NCBI GenBank assembly: GCA_001662655.1
Contig: KV460237.1
Origin: Pseudogymnoascus verrucosus
Taxonomy: Eukaryota
DNA length: 64,000 nucleotides
Strand: one strand, 5' to 3'
Each line of letters opens with the position of its first letter. Position 1 is the first letter of the stretch. This document shows positions 22,815 through 37,099 of this stretch, in pieces. The notes beneath the pieces were generated by a model. That model saw only the letters and a list, made by a program, of their open reading frames with translations. It ran no database searches and was not told where the DNA came from. The position numbers and the translations under genes were made by a program.

Positions 22815-25617
22815 ATGGACGTCCACCGCTGTCGCTTCGTGCCATATTCCCCGTCAACAATCAATGCCGTAGCATTCTCTCATTCGCATCTCGGCAGAGC
22901 GAATAAATCCGACACTCTCCGCCTTGCGATAGGACGAGCCAACGGTGACATCGAGATCTGGAACCCGTTAAATGGCGCCTGGTTCCAAGAGACGATCCTG
23001 CGAGGCGGCCAGGATCGCAGCGTAGATGGGCTGGCCTGGGTGCAGGATCCAGATGAGGAAGACCACGATGGCAAAATTATACCGGGAAAACTTCGACTCT
23101 TCAGCATTGGCTACACTACAACGGTGACGGAATGGGACCTTGAGCGCCTGCAGCCGCTGCGCCAATCGAGCGGGAACCACGGCGAGATCTGGTGCCTGGC
23201 TGCCCAACCGCAATTGGCACCTGGTCAGCAACAGGAGAATGGGGCTTGGAATGGGCAGAACTTGATCACTGGGTGTACAGACGGTGCTCTTGTGCTTTAC
23301 TCTACGGCCGATGACGACCTCAAACTGCAGCGTGTTCTTGTTCGACCATCGGCGAAGAAGGCGAAGATTATAAGCGTCAACTTCCAGGACCGCAATATTG
23401 TGGTTGCTGGGTGCACAGATAGCACAATCAGAGTTTATGACAGTCGAAATGGGTCTTCGATTAGGAGCATATCACTTGGCAGCGGACCATCGGGTGGACC
23501 GAAAGAGATCATAGTTTGGGCAGTGAAGTGCCTGCCGAACGGGAATATCGTGTCTGGAGACTCTACCGGAGAACTGCGGATATGGGATGGAAAGACTTAT
23601 ACCTTGATTCAACGTATCAAGAGCCACCGACAGGATATTCTCAGTCTTGCAGCAAGTGCAGATGGATCGACAGTTTTCAGCGGAGGCATGGATAGACGGA
23701 CCGTCGTTTACAAGCAGTCAGGAGGCCCGAAATCTCGTTGGGCAGAAGTCAGCCATAAACGACTCCACAACCACGATGTCAAGACTATGACATCCTTCGA
23801 GGGCCGTGGGATGAGCTTTGTCGTATCTGGAGGTATGTTTTTATACCCCTGGCCCATCTTACAAATACTAATTATCATCAGGACCCGATGCGACACCAAT
23901 CGTCCTTCCCCTTCGGGAGTTCGGTGCGGAGAACCAGCGCATGCTGCCATACCTCCCCCAAGAACCGATAGTGCAGAGTGTGCCTGCGAAGAGACTTCTG
24001 ATGAGCTGGTGGGACCGCGAGGTTCACATCTGGCGCGTGAGCAAGCTTACGCAAGCCAACGACAATGCCGAATCCGATAGCGAATCCGAGGAGCGTCACC
24101 GCAGCAGGAAGCTAGTGGCTAAGGTCATTATCAAGGGAGAAGCTAATATCAATTCTGCCTCTGTGGCTGCACACGGTGGTCTTCTCGCACTATCCACGAA
24201 CAGCGAAGTCAAACTCTTCCAATTGAGATCACGAGGTGGGAACCAAGGGGATGCTTTAAGAGTGTCAAAGTTGGATCTTTCCGAAAAACTGTCCCGTGGT
24301 GGAGCACGTCTTGTTCAGTTTTCTCCGGATGGCCAATGGCTAGTAATTGTGCGAAGAGACAACCGCATTGTTGCCACGCGTATCGTGGGTGACGTTGCAA
24401 AGTCGCCGTCAACTGTCAGGGTTTTACCCTCTCCCGCAAAGCTGTCACGACTAGACAGGAAGGTAGACAAGGCCACTAGGTTTGGCGGTCTGGGAGACTA
24501 CGAGAGGAATATCAACCGCATCGCCTTTTCGTCTGACAGCCGCATCCTGGCAGTTAGCGATCTAGCGGGATACATCGATACCTGGCTCTTGAAGGACGAT
24601 GGAGATCAGAATGGCGCTGACTCGGATGATATAGCAGAGAGTGACGCGTCTCCAGAATCATCGTCGGACGAATCGGACAGCGAGGATGCAACCAAGTCGA
24701 TTACGTTAAAGGGACAATCCTGGACGCGTAACCCATCCACCTCTTCTCTTCCCAAGCTCCCTGCAGCTGCTGTCGTGCTATCGTTCCGACCATGTGCAGC
24801 ATCGATAGCGCCCGAGACGGAAGACCGCATGCTAGTGGTAACGGCGACATCTGCAGTTTTTGAGTTTGAAGCCAAAAGTGGCAAACTGACACCTTGGTCG
24901 AGAAGCAACCCCACCACAAAATTTCCCGATGAGTTCAAGGGTCTCCGGGACCAAGCCATGGGGTGCTTCTGGGATGTAGCCGACTCCAAGGAGAGACTAT
25001 GGCTGTACGGGAGCAAGTGGATGTTCATGTTCGACCTCTCACGAGACTTCCCACCCGAGACGGAAGCGAACGCACAACGCAAGAGGAAACACATGCACAT
25101 TGCCGGTCAGGACAACCCGCGCAAAGGCACCTCGGGCGCCGGGAGTAAGATCCCGGACGAGCAGCTCACGAGCGGCATGTCACGCAAGATGCAGCGTGTA
25201 AACCACGAGGACGACAGCAGTAAACCCCGTGAGATTAACCTGCGGAATCACGTTGGCATCCTCGACGACGACGAGGATGACGAGGAGGACCGCATGGACT
25301 ACGGTAAGGGGAGCGACGAGGCGGGTGGGGGCGCACAGGGCAAGTTGCGTCGTGGTGGGGACGTGGAGGGGGGAGCGCAGGCAGGCGAGCTGACGGAGTA
25401 CGGCGACGAGGAGGGGAGCTCAGAGCACCCGCCACACTGGTGGCATACGTACAAATACAGACCCATTATGGGGATTGTCAGCCTGGGTGGTGGTGGTGGC
25501 GAGGCTCCAGCGAGCAGCAGCGGGCTGGAGATTGCGCTGGTGGAGCGGCCAGAGTGGGAGCTGGAGTTGCCACCGAGGTACTATGGGGACCAGGAGTGGG
25601 AGAAGCGTGGACTGTGA
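22815..25617 (+). CDS. UTP4: U3 snoRNP WD40 protein Utp4 (cirhin); intron 23833-23881
   Basis: MDVHRCRFVPY, LAIGRANGDIEIWNP, SGDSTGELRIWD, HNHDVKTM, TYKYRPIMGI, LVERP. Confidence 0.93.
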
Positions 25618-25844
25618 GGGGAGTTCTGGGTTCTTGTGTGTGTGTGTGTGTGGGTGTTGTTGGATTGGGTTTTTGTAGAGTATGTGGAGTAGGAGTAGTA
25701 GGGATGGATGGATGCACACAGCCAGAGTTTTCTAATATGACTACGGATACCCATTCTATCGTTCATCCCATGGTATCCATAGTAATAGTGTTCTGTCTGT
25801 GTGGTTATGTGATGTCCAGTATTCACCGCCGTGTTTCATAACTA

Positions 25845-25960
25845 GAGGAAGTACTACTTTACTATCTATTACTCTACTGTAGTACTATACTATACCGCTT
25901 TACTATTATTTACTGTAGTATTCTATACTCTTCTCTACTGTATTACTATACTATACAACA
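25845..25960. repeat. Low-complexity TAC/TACTG repeat tract; (TG)n microsatellite also at ~25636-25652
   Basis: Seen directly in the sequence. Confidence 0.7.
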
Positions 25961-26876
25961 AGTAAGAACGACATAGCCGGGGGGGATGATTTTGCCCCGT
26001 CGTTCCCCCCGTCCCCCCCATCCTCCCCGTCCTCCCCCTCGTCCCCCTGTCCCCTTTTTATCAAATTTTGTACTGGCTGCGTGTAACTGCGCGTACCCAT
26101 TTTAACGTTTTGCCCCACTCAACCAATCAGATCTCTCCGTTATGGTGGTTATTCGTGATTAGTCGCAGTTAGTCTTAGTCAGTCCCCGTTAGTCGTCGTT
26201 ACTCGCAGTTATTCGTGGTTGTGGCCATATAATCCAGGCACCAATCTACTAGTGTGGTGTGAAGCGTCGTCAGCTCTCCACGCCAGCACTTTCGCCGTCA
26301 ACCAGGCAAAAGAGACATCCAAGCCCCATTTTACCAACGAACCTCCGAAAAGGCCCATCCCCCATCGAACAACCACTGTTACAGACTACAAACGATTAAA
26401 TCTCTTCCTACAACACAGACAGTCCTACATATTGCATCGCCAATACTTCATCGAAATATGCGACAGTGTTATACTCTGTGAAAGGCACGAAAGAAGGGCC
26501 TCATTGTTTCTATAATTGTACCCGCGACCCTGCCGGCTGTACGTACTACTGCGACTACTGCGACGAGACCGAAAGTGGCGATTTGAAGCCTGGCTGTGCT
26601 GGTGCTGCGGTCCACCTCCCACCTCACCTCCACCCTCCACGCGATATCACGACTCACACCCTGCGCAAACCCCGAACGAAACGACATCACATCAATCATC
26701 AACGACTACAACACATCTCTCATTAAACCGACGAACACGAATACACAACCACCATCACCGTCACCATAGGGAAACACCACCAGCCACGACACGACGACGA
26801 CGACAACAGCAGCAGCAAGCACCACCAAACCGGCTCGGTCGAGTCCGCGGCAACCCTCCACATCAGCCTTTACCTC

Positions 26877-28355
26877 ATGGCGGACTCGAATGGGCCTCCG
26901 CGCCCGCCGCAGGAGTTCGACGAGGCATGGGCCAAAGACCTGCGCGTGCAGTTCGAGCAGCTGCTGCGCACGAAGCGGTTAAACGAGCTCGATCGCTCGC
27001 GGTCGCGCAATGGTTCCCCGTCGCCGAGGGAGCGAGCGTCGTCATCGGATTTGCGCGGGGATGTAGGGTCGAGCTCGAGGCCGATGAGGCCGACGACTTC
27101 GAGTTCCGCGGCGACGGGACAGACGCCGCCGAGTTACTCGTCGTTGAGGAGGCTGCCGAAATTGCCGTCGCCGCCGAATGATTCGCAGAGTCAGAAGTTT
27201 AGGAATTTGTTGCTTACGCTGTCGGCGATGCCGACGAACTACGAGAATCCGGGGTTGTTGGATGAGGCGTTGCTGGCGCTGCCGTTGGATAGGATATACG
27301 GCGAGGCACAGGAGGAGAGCGAAGTGCTGCAGGCTCAGGCGGAGAGTATGGGCGATGGGAGGAAGCCAGAGTGGGGGTATCAGGATTGCGTCATCCGCGC
27401 ATTATTAAGGTACGCTCCCCCATTTACTCTATTCCACGATTCGAAGTGCATCGACTAACCTCACCCCAGATGGTTCAAACGCTCCTTCTTCACCTGGGTC
27501 AACAACCCCGCCTGCCCCGTCTGCATGTCCCCCACCGTCGCCCAAGGCATGGCACGCCCCACCCCCGACGAAGCCGCCTGCGGCGCCCTCCGCGTAGAAC
27601 TCTACCGCTGCTCCGCCGGCGACTGCGGCGCCTACGAGCGCTTCCCCCGCTACAGCGACGTGTGGCGCCTCATGCAAACCCGACGCGGCCGCTGCGGCGA
27701 GTGGGCCAACTGCTTCAGCATGCTCTGTCGTGCGGTCGGTGGCCGGGTACGCTGGGTCTGGAATGCCGAGGATCATGTGTGGACGGAGGTGTACTCGGAG
27801 ATGCAGAAGAGATGGGTGCATGTTGATGCGTGTGAGGAGTCGTGGGATAATCCTAGGCTATACACTGATGGCTGGGGGAAGAAGATCTCGTATTGTATCG
27901 GCTTCTCTGCTGATGGCGTCACGGATGTCACGCGCAGATATGTCCGCAAGGCAGATCACGCGGAACACCGCAATCGCTGCCCCGAAGAGGTCCTCCTCTA
28001 CATCCTCAACGAGATCCGCACCCTCCGCCGCGCCAACCTACCGAAGGAAGAGCGCTTCCGCCTCGAGAAGGAGGATAGTCGCGAGGACCGCGAATTGCGC
28101 GGGTACGTGGTATCTTCCATCGCGCAGTCCGTCCGCGTCAATGTCCCGGATATGGTAGCGGAGCCAACGATGACGTCGAATCAACCCCCGCCACCGCCAC
28201 CGCCGCCGAACTCAACGTCGAGGAGCACGAGCGATGACCAGAAACTGCCTGCTGAGCAGCCGGCGGGGAGGCAGAGTGGGAATGAGGAGTGGACGCGCGC
28301 GAGGGGGGAGGCGGGGCCGAGGAATAATAACTTACCCCGTGATCCTACTTACTGA
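26877..28355 (+). CDS. PNG1: Peptide:N-glycanase; intron 27410-27469
   Basis: [61 protein letters not shown]; Cys-His-Asp triad present. Confidence 0.95.
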
Positions 28356-29385
28356 AGTACTCGGCTTTGGGGTTCGACTACTCTGGTGGTATCTACACTG
28401 GTGGTAAAGCCTCACACCAATAACATTGGGGTACGCAGCTACACCTGGAGGTAAACACGACGCGCCTACCAGGTTGGCAATACCACCGCACACTAGAGGC
28501 GTGGTGTGCGTAATGAAGAAGCCGTTCACAACACGACGGCGCTCCACCTGTCGCCGCCACGAACACACACAATGGGGAGGAACACATCACATCACGACAC
28601 AAGCTGTATATAGCTAGCGCCTAGCGAAGCCAGTCACCGGCGTCCCGTTTCGTCACATTTCGTTTCGTCACATCAGCATAGCATGCAGATCGTCCGGGGT
28701 CAAGTCATCGGCCATCGAGTCGATCAGTCAACGGGGAGGGTCGTGGAAGGGCAAGGCGTTTATTTTGGGAAACACACATATATTTATTATTATTATCTAG
28801 GGCTTTTGGGCTTTGGGGGGATTTTTGGGTGGGACGGTCTTGATCACATTCGACGATATCCGGTTTTTTGTCATCTGGGAGAGGCATTTAGGGACGGGGA
28901 GGGGTTGGTGGGGATGGGAAAGGCGGGATGGGATGGGATTTTGGGGCGTATTTGGGTATGGAAATATTTGGTGGGATGGGGTATTGGGGATTGGGGATGG
29001 GGGATTGAAAGGGAAGGGGATGGGGATGGGGGGTGTGTATAGGAAAATAGAAATGAATTGAGATTCTATGTGCTTTATATTATATGATCTTGCTTTTGAT
29101 GCGTGGTTGTGAACTTATGTGTTTTGCTTCAGTCGGTCGACATTCATTTTATGTGAGATAACTTCTGTGGGATTGACGGTTTTGGCTGATAGTAATGGCA
29201 TTCAAACAAGCATAACGTGATAGGTATATACATAGCATGCTCGCCTCGAGTGATGGAAGAATAGCCCGCCGGATTGTTATATCAATACCTCCCAAACCCC
29301 ATACCACCCACGCACTCAAATGCTCCCCCTCTAACACCATAACCCCTCTTCCCACCCCCTCCACCCCCCTAAAAAGATAGAACCC

Positions 29386-31031
29386 TCAAAACACAGTCAA
29401 CCCACACACCACCCCCCCTCTCAACACTTCAAACACCAACCCCGGAAACCCATACAGAGTCGTATTCCCCAACCCCCCATTCCCCCCCGCACTAGCCACC
29501 CCCTCCCCCCTTCCCCCCGCCCCAGTCGTCCCTTCCTCCCAATCCCCAAGCAAATCAACACTACTCCCCGGACTATCGCCCCAATCCCTATTAAGCACCA
29601 TGCCCCTCTGTCTCTGCACAGCCTCCTCCTCCGTCGCATATATGGACTTCCACTCCTCGTGCAGCCGGGTTGCGATCTCGGAGTAGGGCGATTCAGAGGT
29701 GGGTGGCGAGGGGGAGGAGAGGTAGGAGAGAGACCAGCGACAGCGACGGTGGCGGTTGAATGCGTAGGAGCCGGGGATGTTGGAGTGGAGGATTAGTTTT
29801 GTGGCGACGAGGGGGGCGGGGGAGAGTAGTGTTTGGTCTGGGGGGGAGGGGTGGTCGTCGGAGATGGCGGTGGGGGTGGAGGGGGGTGGACGAGAGGGGG
29901 AGGTGGGGGGAGAAACGAGGATGTCGAAGCCGTGGTAGAAGTAATTGTAAAAACACTCCTTGGACATTTTACCGTCCACGGATCCGCTGTCCGATTCATC
30001 CCCTGAAACGGAGGTCCCGGTGCGGATCGATGATGCGTCGGTGTCTGTTGAGTCATCTTGACCTGGGGGTTCGAGGTGAGGGCGGGTTTGTTGGCTTTCG
30101 CTGCCTGCGCGCGCTTTGTGGATTGCCATTCGCTGGTCGGATTTACGGTATATTGCGTCCGGTGGTCCTAACTCGGCGACCAGTTCTTGGGGTGTGGTTT
30201 GGCCCAGGAACAGCCAGAAGGGTGTAGACCCCCACGCGCGGTCGAGGCGGAGTTTTCCCTCGCCGAAGATATTCACGAGGCTTATCTCATCAGGGTAAAC
30301 GTCTTTCCCCTTATGGCTCGGGGAGTAAGAGCGCGGATCTTCGAGGAGCTCGTCATACAGCACTTTCTGCGCCTCGACCCAGCTGTCGCCGATGAAGACG
30401 GCCATCGAGGTCGCGGGCTTGGTGGAGGGCAGCGCGAGCATGGTGGCGTAGTCTTTGGAGGGGTTCCAGGTCGAGGCGAGGACGGGGAAGGTAAATGCTA
30501 TGCCTGGGTAGGAGAGGATGTAGACGCCGTATTTGCCGTCTCCGTTCGCGTCGGGGGGGACATAGTCGCCTGGGTAGGAGGGCGCGAGGAGCTTGTTGTA
30601 GATGTGTTTGAATGTTGGCCCCGCTGAGGAGGAGTCGGGGATGCTGGATGATGTGCTACTGGGAGAGGCAGGGCTGGCGGGCTTGACGATATCGATGTTT
30701 TTGTAGGTTAGCTTGCTCTTGGAGAAGTCGGTGATCTCTATGAGTCGGAGGCGTTGTTCGGGGCCGTCGAAGCGGAGGCGGAGTCCGTTGGTGGGGAGGC
30801 TCACGATGACGGGCTCGGTGACGGGGTGGTCGGGGGAGTAGATCAGTTCGAGCTTGCCGAAGGTTTGGGGTTCGGCTTTGAGTCTTGTTACGATGTCGTG
30901 GAGGGAGGATCCTAGAGCTGAGGGGGGGGTGTTAGTTACTGTTGCTTGTTCTTTCGCCTGGTGAGCAGTGAAGCGGTACCTAGAAACCCCAGCGACCTTC
31001 CTGGTGTCACAGCAGCGCTGAACTGCGACAT
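29386..31031 (-). CDS. UPF0183/PHAF1 (C16orf70-like) protein; intron 30918-30979
   Basis: PGRSLGFLALGSSLHD, NGLRLRFDGPEQRLRLIE, LSYPGIAF, FYNYFYHGFDIL, KLILHSNIPGSYAFNRHRRCRW. Confidence 0.88.
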
Positions 31032-31663
31032 GGCCACTGTGGGCGGTCGATAAGGAACAGGTATGTAAGTGTATCTCAGCTCAGGATGGAGAGAAGCCTT
31101 TGTTGTCGTGTTTCTATCGTCGTGAACAGTCCAGTATCTCCTAAGGTTACAGGAAGCAACTCGTGGACAATAGCGGGCAACAGCGATAAGCCAATGATGA
31201 TAAGGCCCTGCGAGGGCCAAGATAGTGCCTGATCTGCCCCACCTTCGCCTAAACCCAAATGGGACGAAACGCTAAACTGTTTTAGGGGCCCTTCTGTTTA
31301 TGGCGACGCTTTGTTTACATCGAGCTTGTCTGCCCTGCCGAATTCAACCACACCGACCATCGAATGTACTCTATACACCAACCCGCCAACCAGTACACCA
31401 ACCAACGTCTACGAGGAAAATTGTCAGGAGCGGACTGCATCTGAGATGCTCTAACACCTGACCTGTATATCTTTACACGTTGTATTGTCTCATGTTTTAG
31501 CAAACGAACAGCTGCATTGGCACCGATTACCTCGATTTACACGCTTGCAATCGCTCGACAAGGGTATAGAAGCTTGCCCACTGCTCGACGAAGGGCACAT
31601 TGCCCAAGCTAGAAAGCTCTTTTTACTATACACACAGGGCCTCATCTACACACAAACGGTCCT

Positions 31664-34600
31664 ATGGCAGGTATGCCACGGCCGACATCTGTCGCGCCTT
31701 CAAGGAAGAACAGTATGCGCCCACCACGTCCTCGCCCATCCACAGCTAGGGCAAACTCAGTACGACCAGCCAGCCGAATGGACCGAAACGGTGCAATCTC
31801 GCCAGCGGACTCGATAGCTTCTGCAGCTACGACAGGAACAAAGAGGAAGGAGAGGGACTTCGAACGCGATGGCCCGGAGGAGACAAACATAAATGTCGTT
31901 GTGAGGTGTCGAGGGCGCAATGACCGCGAGGTCCGAGAAAACAGCGGAGTTGTTTTGACAACAGATGGTGTCCGCGGGAACAGCATCGACCTTTTGATGG
32001 GACCAAGCGCGTTGAGCAACAAGACGTACCACTTCGACAAGGTCTTTTCCCCGGCCGCTGACCAGGCGATGATATACGACGATGTCGTGACGCCGATATT
32101 GGATGAGATGATCGCGGGCTTCAACTGCACCATTTTCGCGTATGGCCAGACGGGGACAGGGAAGACTTATACGATGTCGGGAGATATGGACGATACCCTG
32201 GGCATGTTGTCGGACGCGGCTGGTATTATTCCTCGGGCTCTCTACGCGCTTTTCAACAAGCTCGAGATTGATGATGCGGAGAGCTCTGTGAAGTGCTCAT
32301 TCATCGAACTTTACAACGAAGAGCTTCGCGACCTTATCTCCGCCGACGAAACCAGCAAACTTAAGATTTACGAGGATGCTGGCAAGAAGGGACACGCGGC
32401 GACTTTCGTCCAGGGTATGGAGGAGGCACACATCAAGAGCGCGGTGGAGGGGGTGAAATTGCTCCAGAATGGGAGTCACAAGCGTCAAGTGGCAGCCACC
32501 AAGTGCAACGACCTCAGTAGTAGAAGTCATACGGTGTTCACGGTCACCGCGTATGTCAAGCGCACGGGCGAGAACGGCGAGGACTACATCAGCGCCGGAA
32601 AGCTCAACCTGGTGGATCTGGCAGGTAGCGAAAACATTCAGCGAAGTGGCGCTGAGAACAAACGCGCAGCCGAAGCGGGTCTTATTAACAAGAGTCTGTT
32701 AACACTTGGGCGAGTTATCAATGCATTGGTCGATAAGAGCTCTCATATCCCATATCGCGAATCGAAACTCACGAGACTGCTGCAAGATTCGCTTGGAGGA
32801 CGGACCAAGACTTGCATTATTGCGACTGTCTCCCCAGCTAAGAGCAACCTCGAGGAGACAATATCCACTCTGGACTATGCCTTCCGCGCGAAGAACATCC
32901 GGAATAAACCACAAGTCAACCCGAAGATAGACAAGAAGACTCTGCTCAAGGAGTTCACCAGCGAGATCGAAAAATTAAAGAGCGAGCTGATTGCCACACG
33001 GCAGCGAAATGGAGTTTATATGACGAACGAAAGCTTTGAAGAAATGACGGTGGAGAGAGAGTCGAGGAGGATATTAAGTGAAGAACTCAGCGCGAAGATT
33101 GAGACGATGGAAATCAACCTCCGGAATAAGGTCCAGGATCTACATTCACTGACCGCCAACTTTATGAACCTCAAGAGGGAGAATGAAGGCACGCGAGCAA
33201 CGTTAGACGAGACGAAAGACGTACTTGAGCAAACCGAAACCGTTCTTACCCAAACCCGCCAGCTTCTATCCGAGGAAGAAATGCTAAGGAAAGCGCATGA
33301 GCGCACCGAGGAGGAATTGGCAGAAGTCGGCTCGACGTTGATATCTACTTTGGAGAAGACCGTCACCGATGTCGGCAGCCTTCACTCGAAAATCCGCAGG
33401 AAGTCCAACCTCCAATCGATAAATAGAAGCACTTGGGGTCTCTCGCAGACCCAAGTTTCCGATGTGACAAGCCTGGTCGAATCTCGTGTTGAAGAATTTA
33501 GAGCGCAGCAGGAGGAGCTCATGGCAAGTGTTTCCACCAGGATGCAGTCGTTTGTTCAGGAGGAGCTGGAGAAGCTTGGGGCTACGCAAGCATTTCTTAG
33601 TGAGAATGTGGCTTTATTCGAAGCATCGCGGGGAGAGGTTTCTCAGCAGACCAGCCAGGCAAAGGATAAGATGGATGAGGTTCTTGAGGAAATCAAGGTC
33701 TTACGGGAAGTTGTTAAATCCCGCGTCGGGGAGGGATTGCAGGGCCTCTCTGGTGCTGCTGAACGCATTTCTGGCGAGGTGTTGAGTGAACTTGACACCT
33801 TCCATTCCCAGCTCCATACGTCTTATAGCTCACTTGGTCGCGACTTCAAGGGCATGTTTGAAGATCTTATCAAGCACGTTAACTCGCAGAAAGCCGAAGC
33901 CGATGACCTTCGAAATCAACTCAATGCAGCTAGCGAAGCTTTGGTGGAGTCAAACTCTGCGGCAACATCCCAGCTGGAACGCGTGATTGTTGAGGAGCGT
34001 GAGCAAGCTGCTACAGATCGCGAGAACCTCCTCCGACAGATCACCACTCTTGTTATGTCTCAGGGTGAGAGGCAAGATGCTAGAGTTGAAGCTAAAGTCA
34101 CTGCGGTTAAGGAAAGTATCAAGAGCTCTGAGGCTACATTTGAGGCATCTAGGTCTGCGTATAACCAGAGTATGGATGCATGGAACGAGAAGGAGCAGAA
34201 GCTTGTGGAAGAAGTTCACCTGTCTCGCGAAAACTTGAAGACAAAGCTGAAGGAAGATTGGATAGTAAGTACATTGCTCGATGTAATCGAAACTCTGCTA
34301 ACATACATAGACCGCCAACAAGCACAATGCATCCATCCAATCGACAACAAAATCTGTCCATGAGGAGACTATCCGTATTGTGGACGAGCAAATGAAGGAT
34401 ATTGCCATTCACATGGAGGCTCTGGACGACTTCGTCAGCCGCGCACGAACACAGAATGCCGAGCACCACGATAGCCATGCGCAGTCTCTGAAGGACCTTT
34501 CATCGACTGTTAGCGATTCTTACAGCAATATTGGAACTCACTTTACGTCCTCATATGACAGGGTGAAGGACCTGGGCGAAGAGATGGCAACCAAGACGAC

Positions 34601-35201
34601 CACATTACAAGATGCTTTATCACCACTCGATACGACATTACGCCAGCCTCTTGCAGAATTACGCTCAAACATCGTCAGCACTCTTCTCCAGGAATACGTC
34701 CCTACAGGCAACACTCCACTCAAGCAGCAATATCAGTTCCCAACAACGTTGCCTCGCACAGAGCCGCATGAGAAGCTGTTAGAAAATGTCCGACAACCGG
34801 CTGTCTCCACTACTCCGTTGGTGTCGCCCACCAAATACATCCCAGTGATCTTCAACGACGTGGCTACACCAGCCAAAGAAGAAGAGGTATCTCCTCCTTC
34901 CAATCCCACATCGGAGACGGCGCCAACTCTCGGACTTAGGGAAATCGATCTCAATATACACGCCGGGTCGCTAGGCTCCGTACCCCTCAGTACCGACACA
35001 GCCTCCAGCAATGATGCCGAGGCACGACCCGCATTCAAACGCAGCATGACTGCTAGTGGAATGAGGCTTCCGCAGAAATCGGCCAAGAGGGCAACGGTTG
35101 TGCCACTTGAGGGGAGGGAGAATAATATAATCCCCGTTGCTGCGTTCTCACAAAGCACTGGGAGGAGGAGGAGCCCGAGAATTGGGGGAGGGTTATCATA
35201 G
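31664..35201 (+). CDS. bimC: Kinesin-5 (BimC/Eg5); intron 34265-34310
   Basis: Motor motifs AYGQTGTGKT, SSRSH, LVDLAGSE, HIPYRESKLT; coiled-coil stalk; BimC box YVPTGNTP. Confidence 0.96.
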
Positions 35202-35608
35202 ATATTTACTGTGGGGGGAGGTGTTTAGGGATTGATTGATGGCCTTGGTTTGCTTTTGAGCACTGGCGGCTGGCTACTTTATCGGCGCAACGGCCTTGGG
35301 GACGGAGGGATAGTGTGGTGTTTGTCTTTCTGTTGTCAAGGTTTATGGTGATACCTGGGTTCAGTATCGTTCTGGGACCCTTCTGTTTGAAGTAATACTT
35401 GAAAGGGGCTTGGGTCTCCCTCGGTTCTGTATGAAGTTGGTCGAGAATAAAATTTCAATTATGCATTTAGATCGGTATGAATACTGTGCTTTACTATGCG
35501 CATATGCTGAATAACTATAAACTGTAAATTTTGATGTTCTCAGGCACAAGAAGCAGAAATGATAGTCAGCTACAGCAGTATTTAGTCCTGGAAGTACACA
35601 TAACTGTC

Positions 35609-35670
35609 ACATACGATCATGGACTTAAGAGAATTGTGCATCCCGTCTGCTCTGCCGTATACAAGCTTAA
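35609..35670 (+). rRNA. 5S rRNA, 5' half (nt 1-62), interrupted
   Basis: ACATACGATCAT...GAGAATTGTGCATCCCGTCTGCTCTGCCGTATACAAGCTTAA matches the ascomycete 5S 5' portion, then similarity stops. Confidence 0.88.
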
Positions 35671-35755
35671 AATTCATGGCTTAATACTCTCTAAATTGTG
35701 CTAATAGGCATGGCGTGGAACCTAAGCTCCTTGCCGCCTTAAGGGCTTCCTATAT

Positions 35756-36975
35756 TTATGTTGCAGAAACAGCAAATTGCTCCCACAACGCCGCTCCGGT
35801 TGCGGTAACACCTCCAATAGTGGCCTCAATAGTACCAACCCAACGAACATATATCCCGATATTAATCTGCGTCGACGTCTGAGTCAAGACAGCATCCAGG
35901 TGACTCCCATCATTAAGAGTCATATTGAGAGTCAACGCCTTGGGGACAGTAGTGAAGATGGTTGGAGGATATGGGGTGTCGATAGGTCGGATCTTAACAC
36001 CGGTTGTGCAGGTAGACGCGACGACTTGGCCATCCTTCAGAGCATAACCACCGACCTTGTTGGCTCCTGATGGGTCGATCATGTCGAAGAAAACGAGGTC
36101 GTAACCACCAACGCTCGCGTGGCCCCAGTACCAACTCTTCAGAGCTGAGATGAAGGGGACGTCTCCCCAGTTCTAAGATATTGTTAGTATCGCATCGCAA
36201 TAAAGTATCAAGACCACCGAAGACCGCCTACCTTGTCATGATATCCATGTCCCGTAAACTTCAGGGGCTTGCCAAGGACCTTAACATCCACCACTGCATC
36301 AGCACCTGGCATAACATTAACCCAGCCGATATTGGGCAGTGACTGTTCATCCTGGCCAGGTCCAAGAGGGCCACAGTTATAATGTCCCGGACCACGCTGA
36401 AAGGGTCAAATGTTAGCTGGAAATAGACCTGAATCTAAAACATGGGGAGCGCATACCGATTTCAGGGTGAAGGTGCCAGTGAGGCCAATAAGTGGGTTGT
36501 TCAGGTTCACAACGTAGGAGCTGAGATCGGGAGCTCCTTTAAAGCTGATGCCGCTTCCTTTCCAGTCTCCCGACGCTCCATCGCCATTCGTAGTGGTAGT
36601 AACCGACACTGCTGGCACGGGGAAGACCGCAGGAGGCGTTCCGTCCGCAAAGGTTGCAAATACCCAGACGTTCAAGGGATCGACGGTGCTGAAGAAGTCG
36701 AAGCTGAACCCAATGGCAGATGAGGTAAAGAAGATGACCGTGAAAGCCTGAGTTCCATCACTAGAGACGGCGTCAAAGTACCACCAATCGAACGTCGTCG
36801 CGTTGAGTGGAAAGATCCTTGGGCCATCTGCCTGGCTTGGGCAAGATGTGAATTGAACTTGGCTGGGCCCTGCATAGGGAATGGGAGAAAAGGTGTTTGT
36901 GTCCGGGAAGCACTGGGACAGGGCAGCTGGAACCAGCGCGAGCAAGGACGCGAGGGTGAAGAAAATATTCTTCAT
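35756..36975 (-). CDS. Secreted lipocalin-like protein of the Diels-Alderase (Fsa2/CghA) / CrtC-like hydratase superfamily; exons 36457-36975, 36232-36396, 35756-36172
   Basis: Signal peptide MKNIFFTLASLLALVPAALS; FDWWYFDAVS, GHYNCGP, GWVNVMP, GYHDKNWG, SWYWGHA, YVRWVG, GAALWEQF. Confidence 0.8.
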
Positions 36976-37099
36976 GTTGGGATTTGATAATCGCGCGGTG
37001 CAATTCAACTGGGAGGCAAAAGAGCAAGCCAATGTCCCTGAAAACACCCAGGAAAGCTTAATATTTAAGACTTTTCCAAGGTGATACAATGGATGCTTT

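Noticed and set aside
26219..26876. ORFs upstream of PNG1
   Set aside because: Low-complexity leader sequence with no coding signature.
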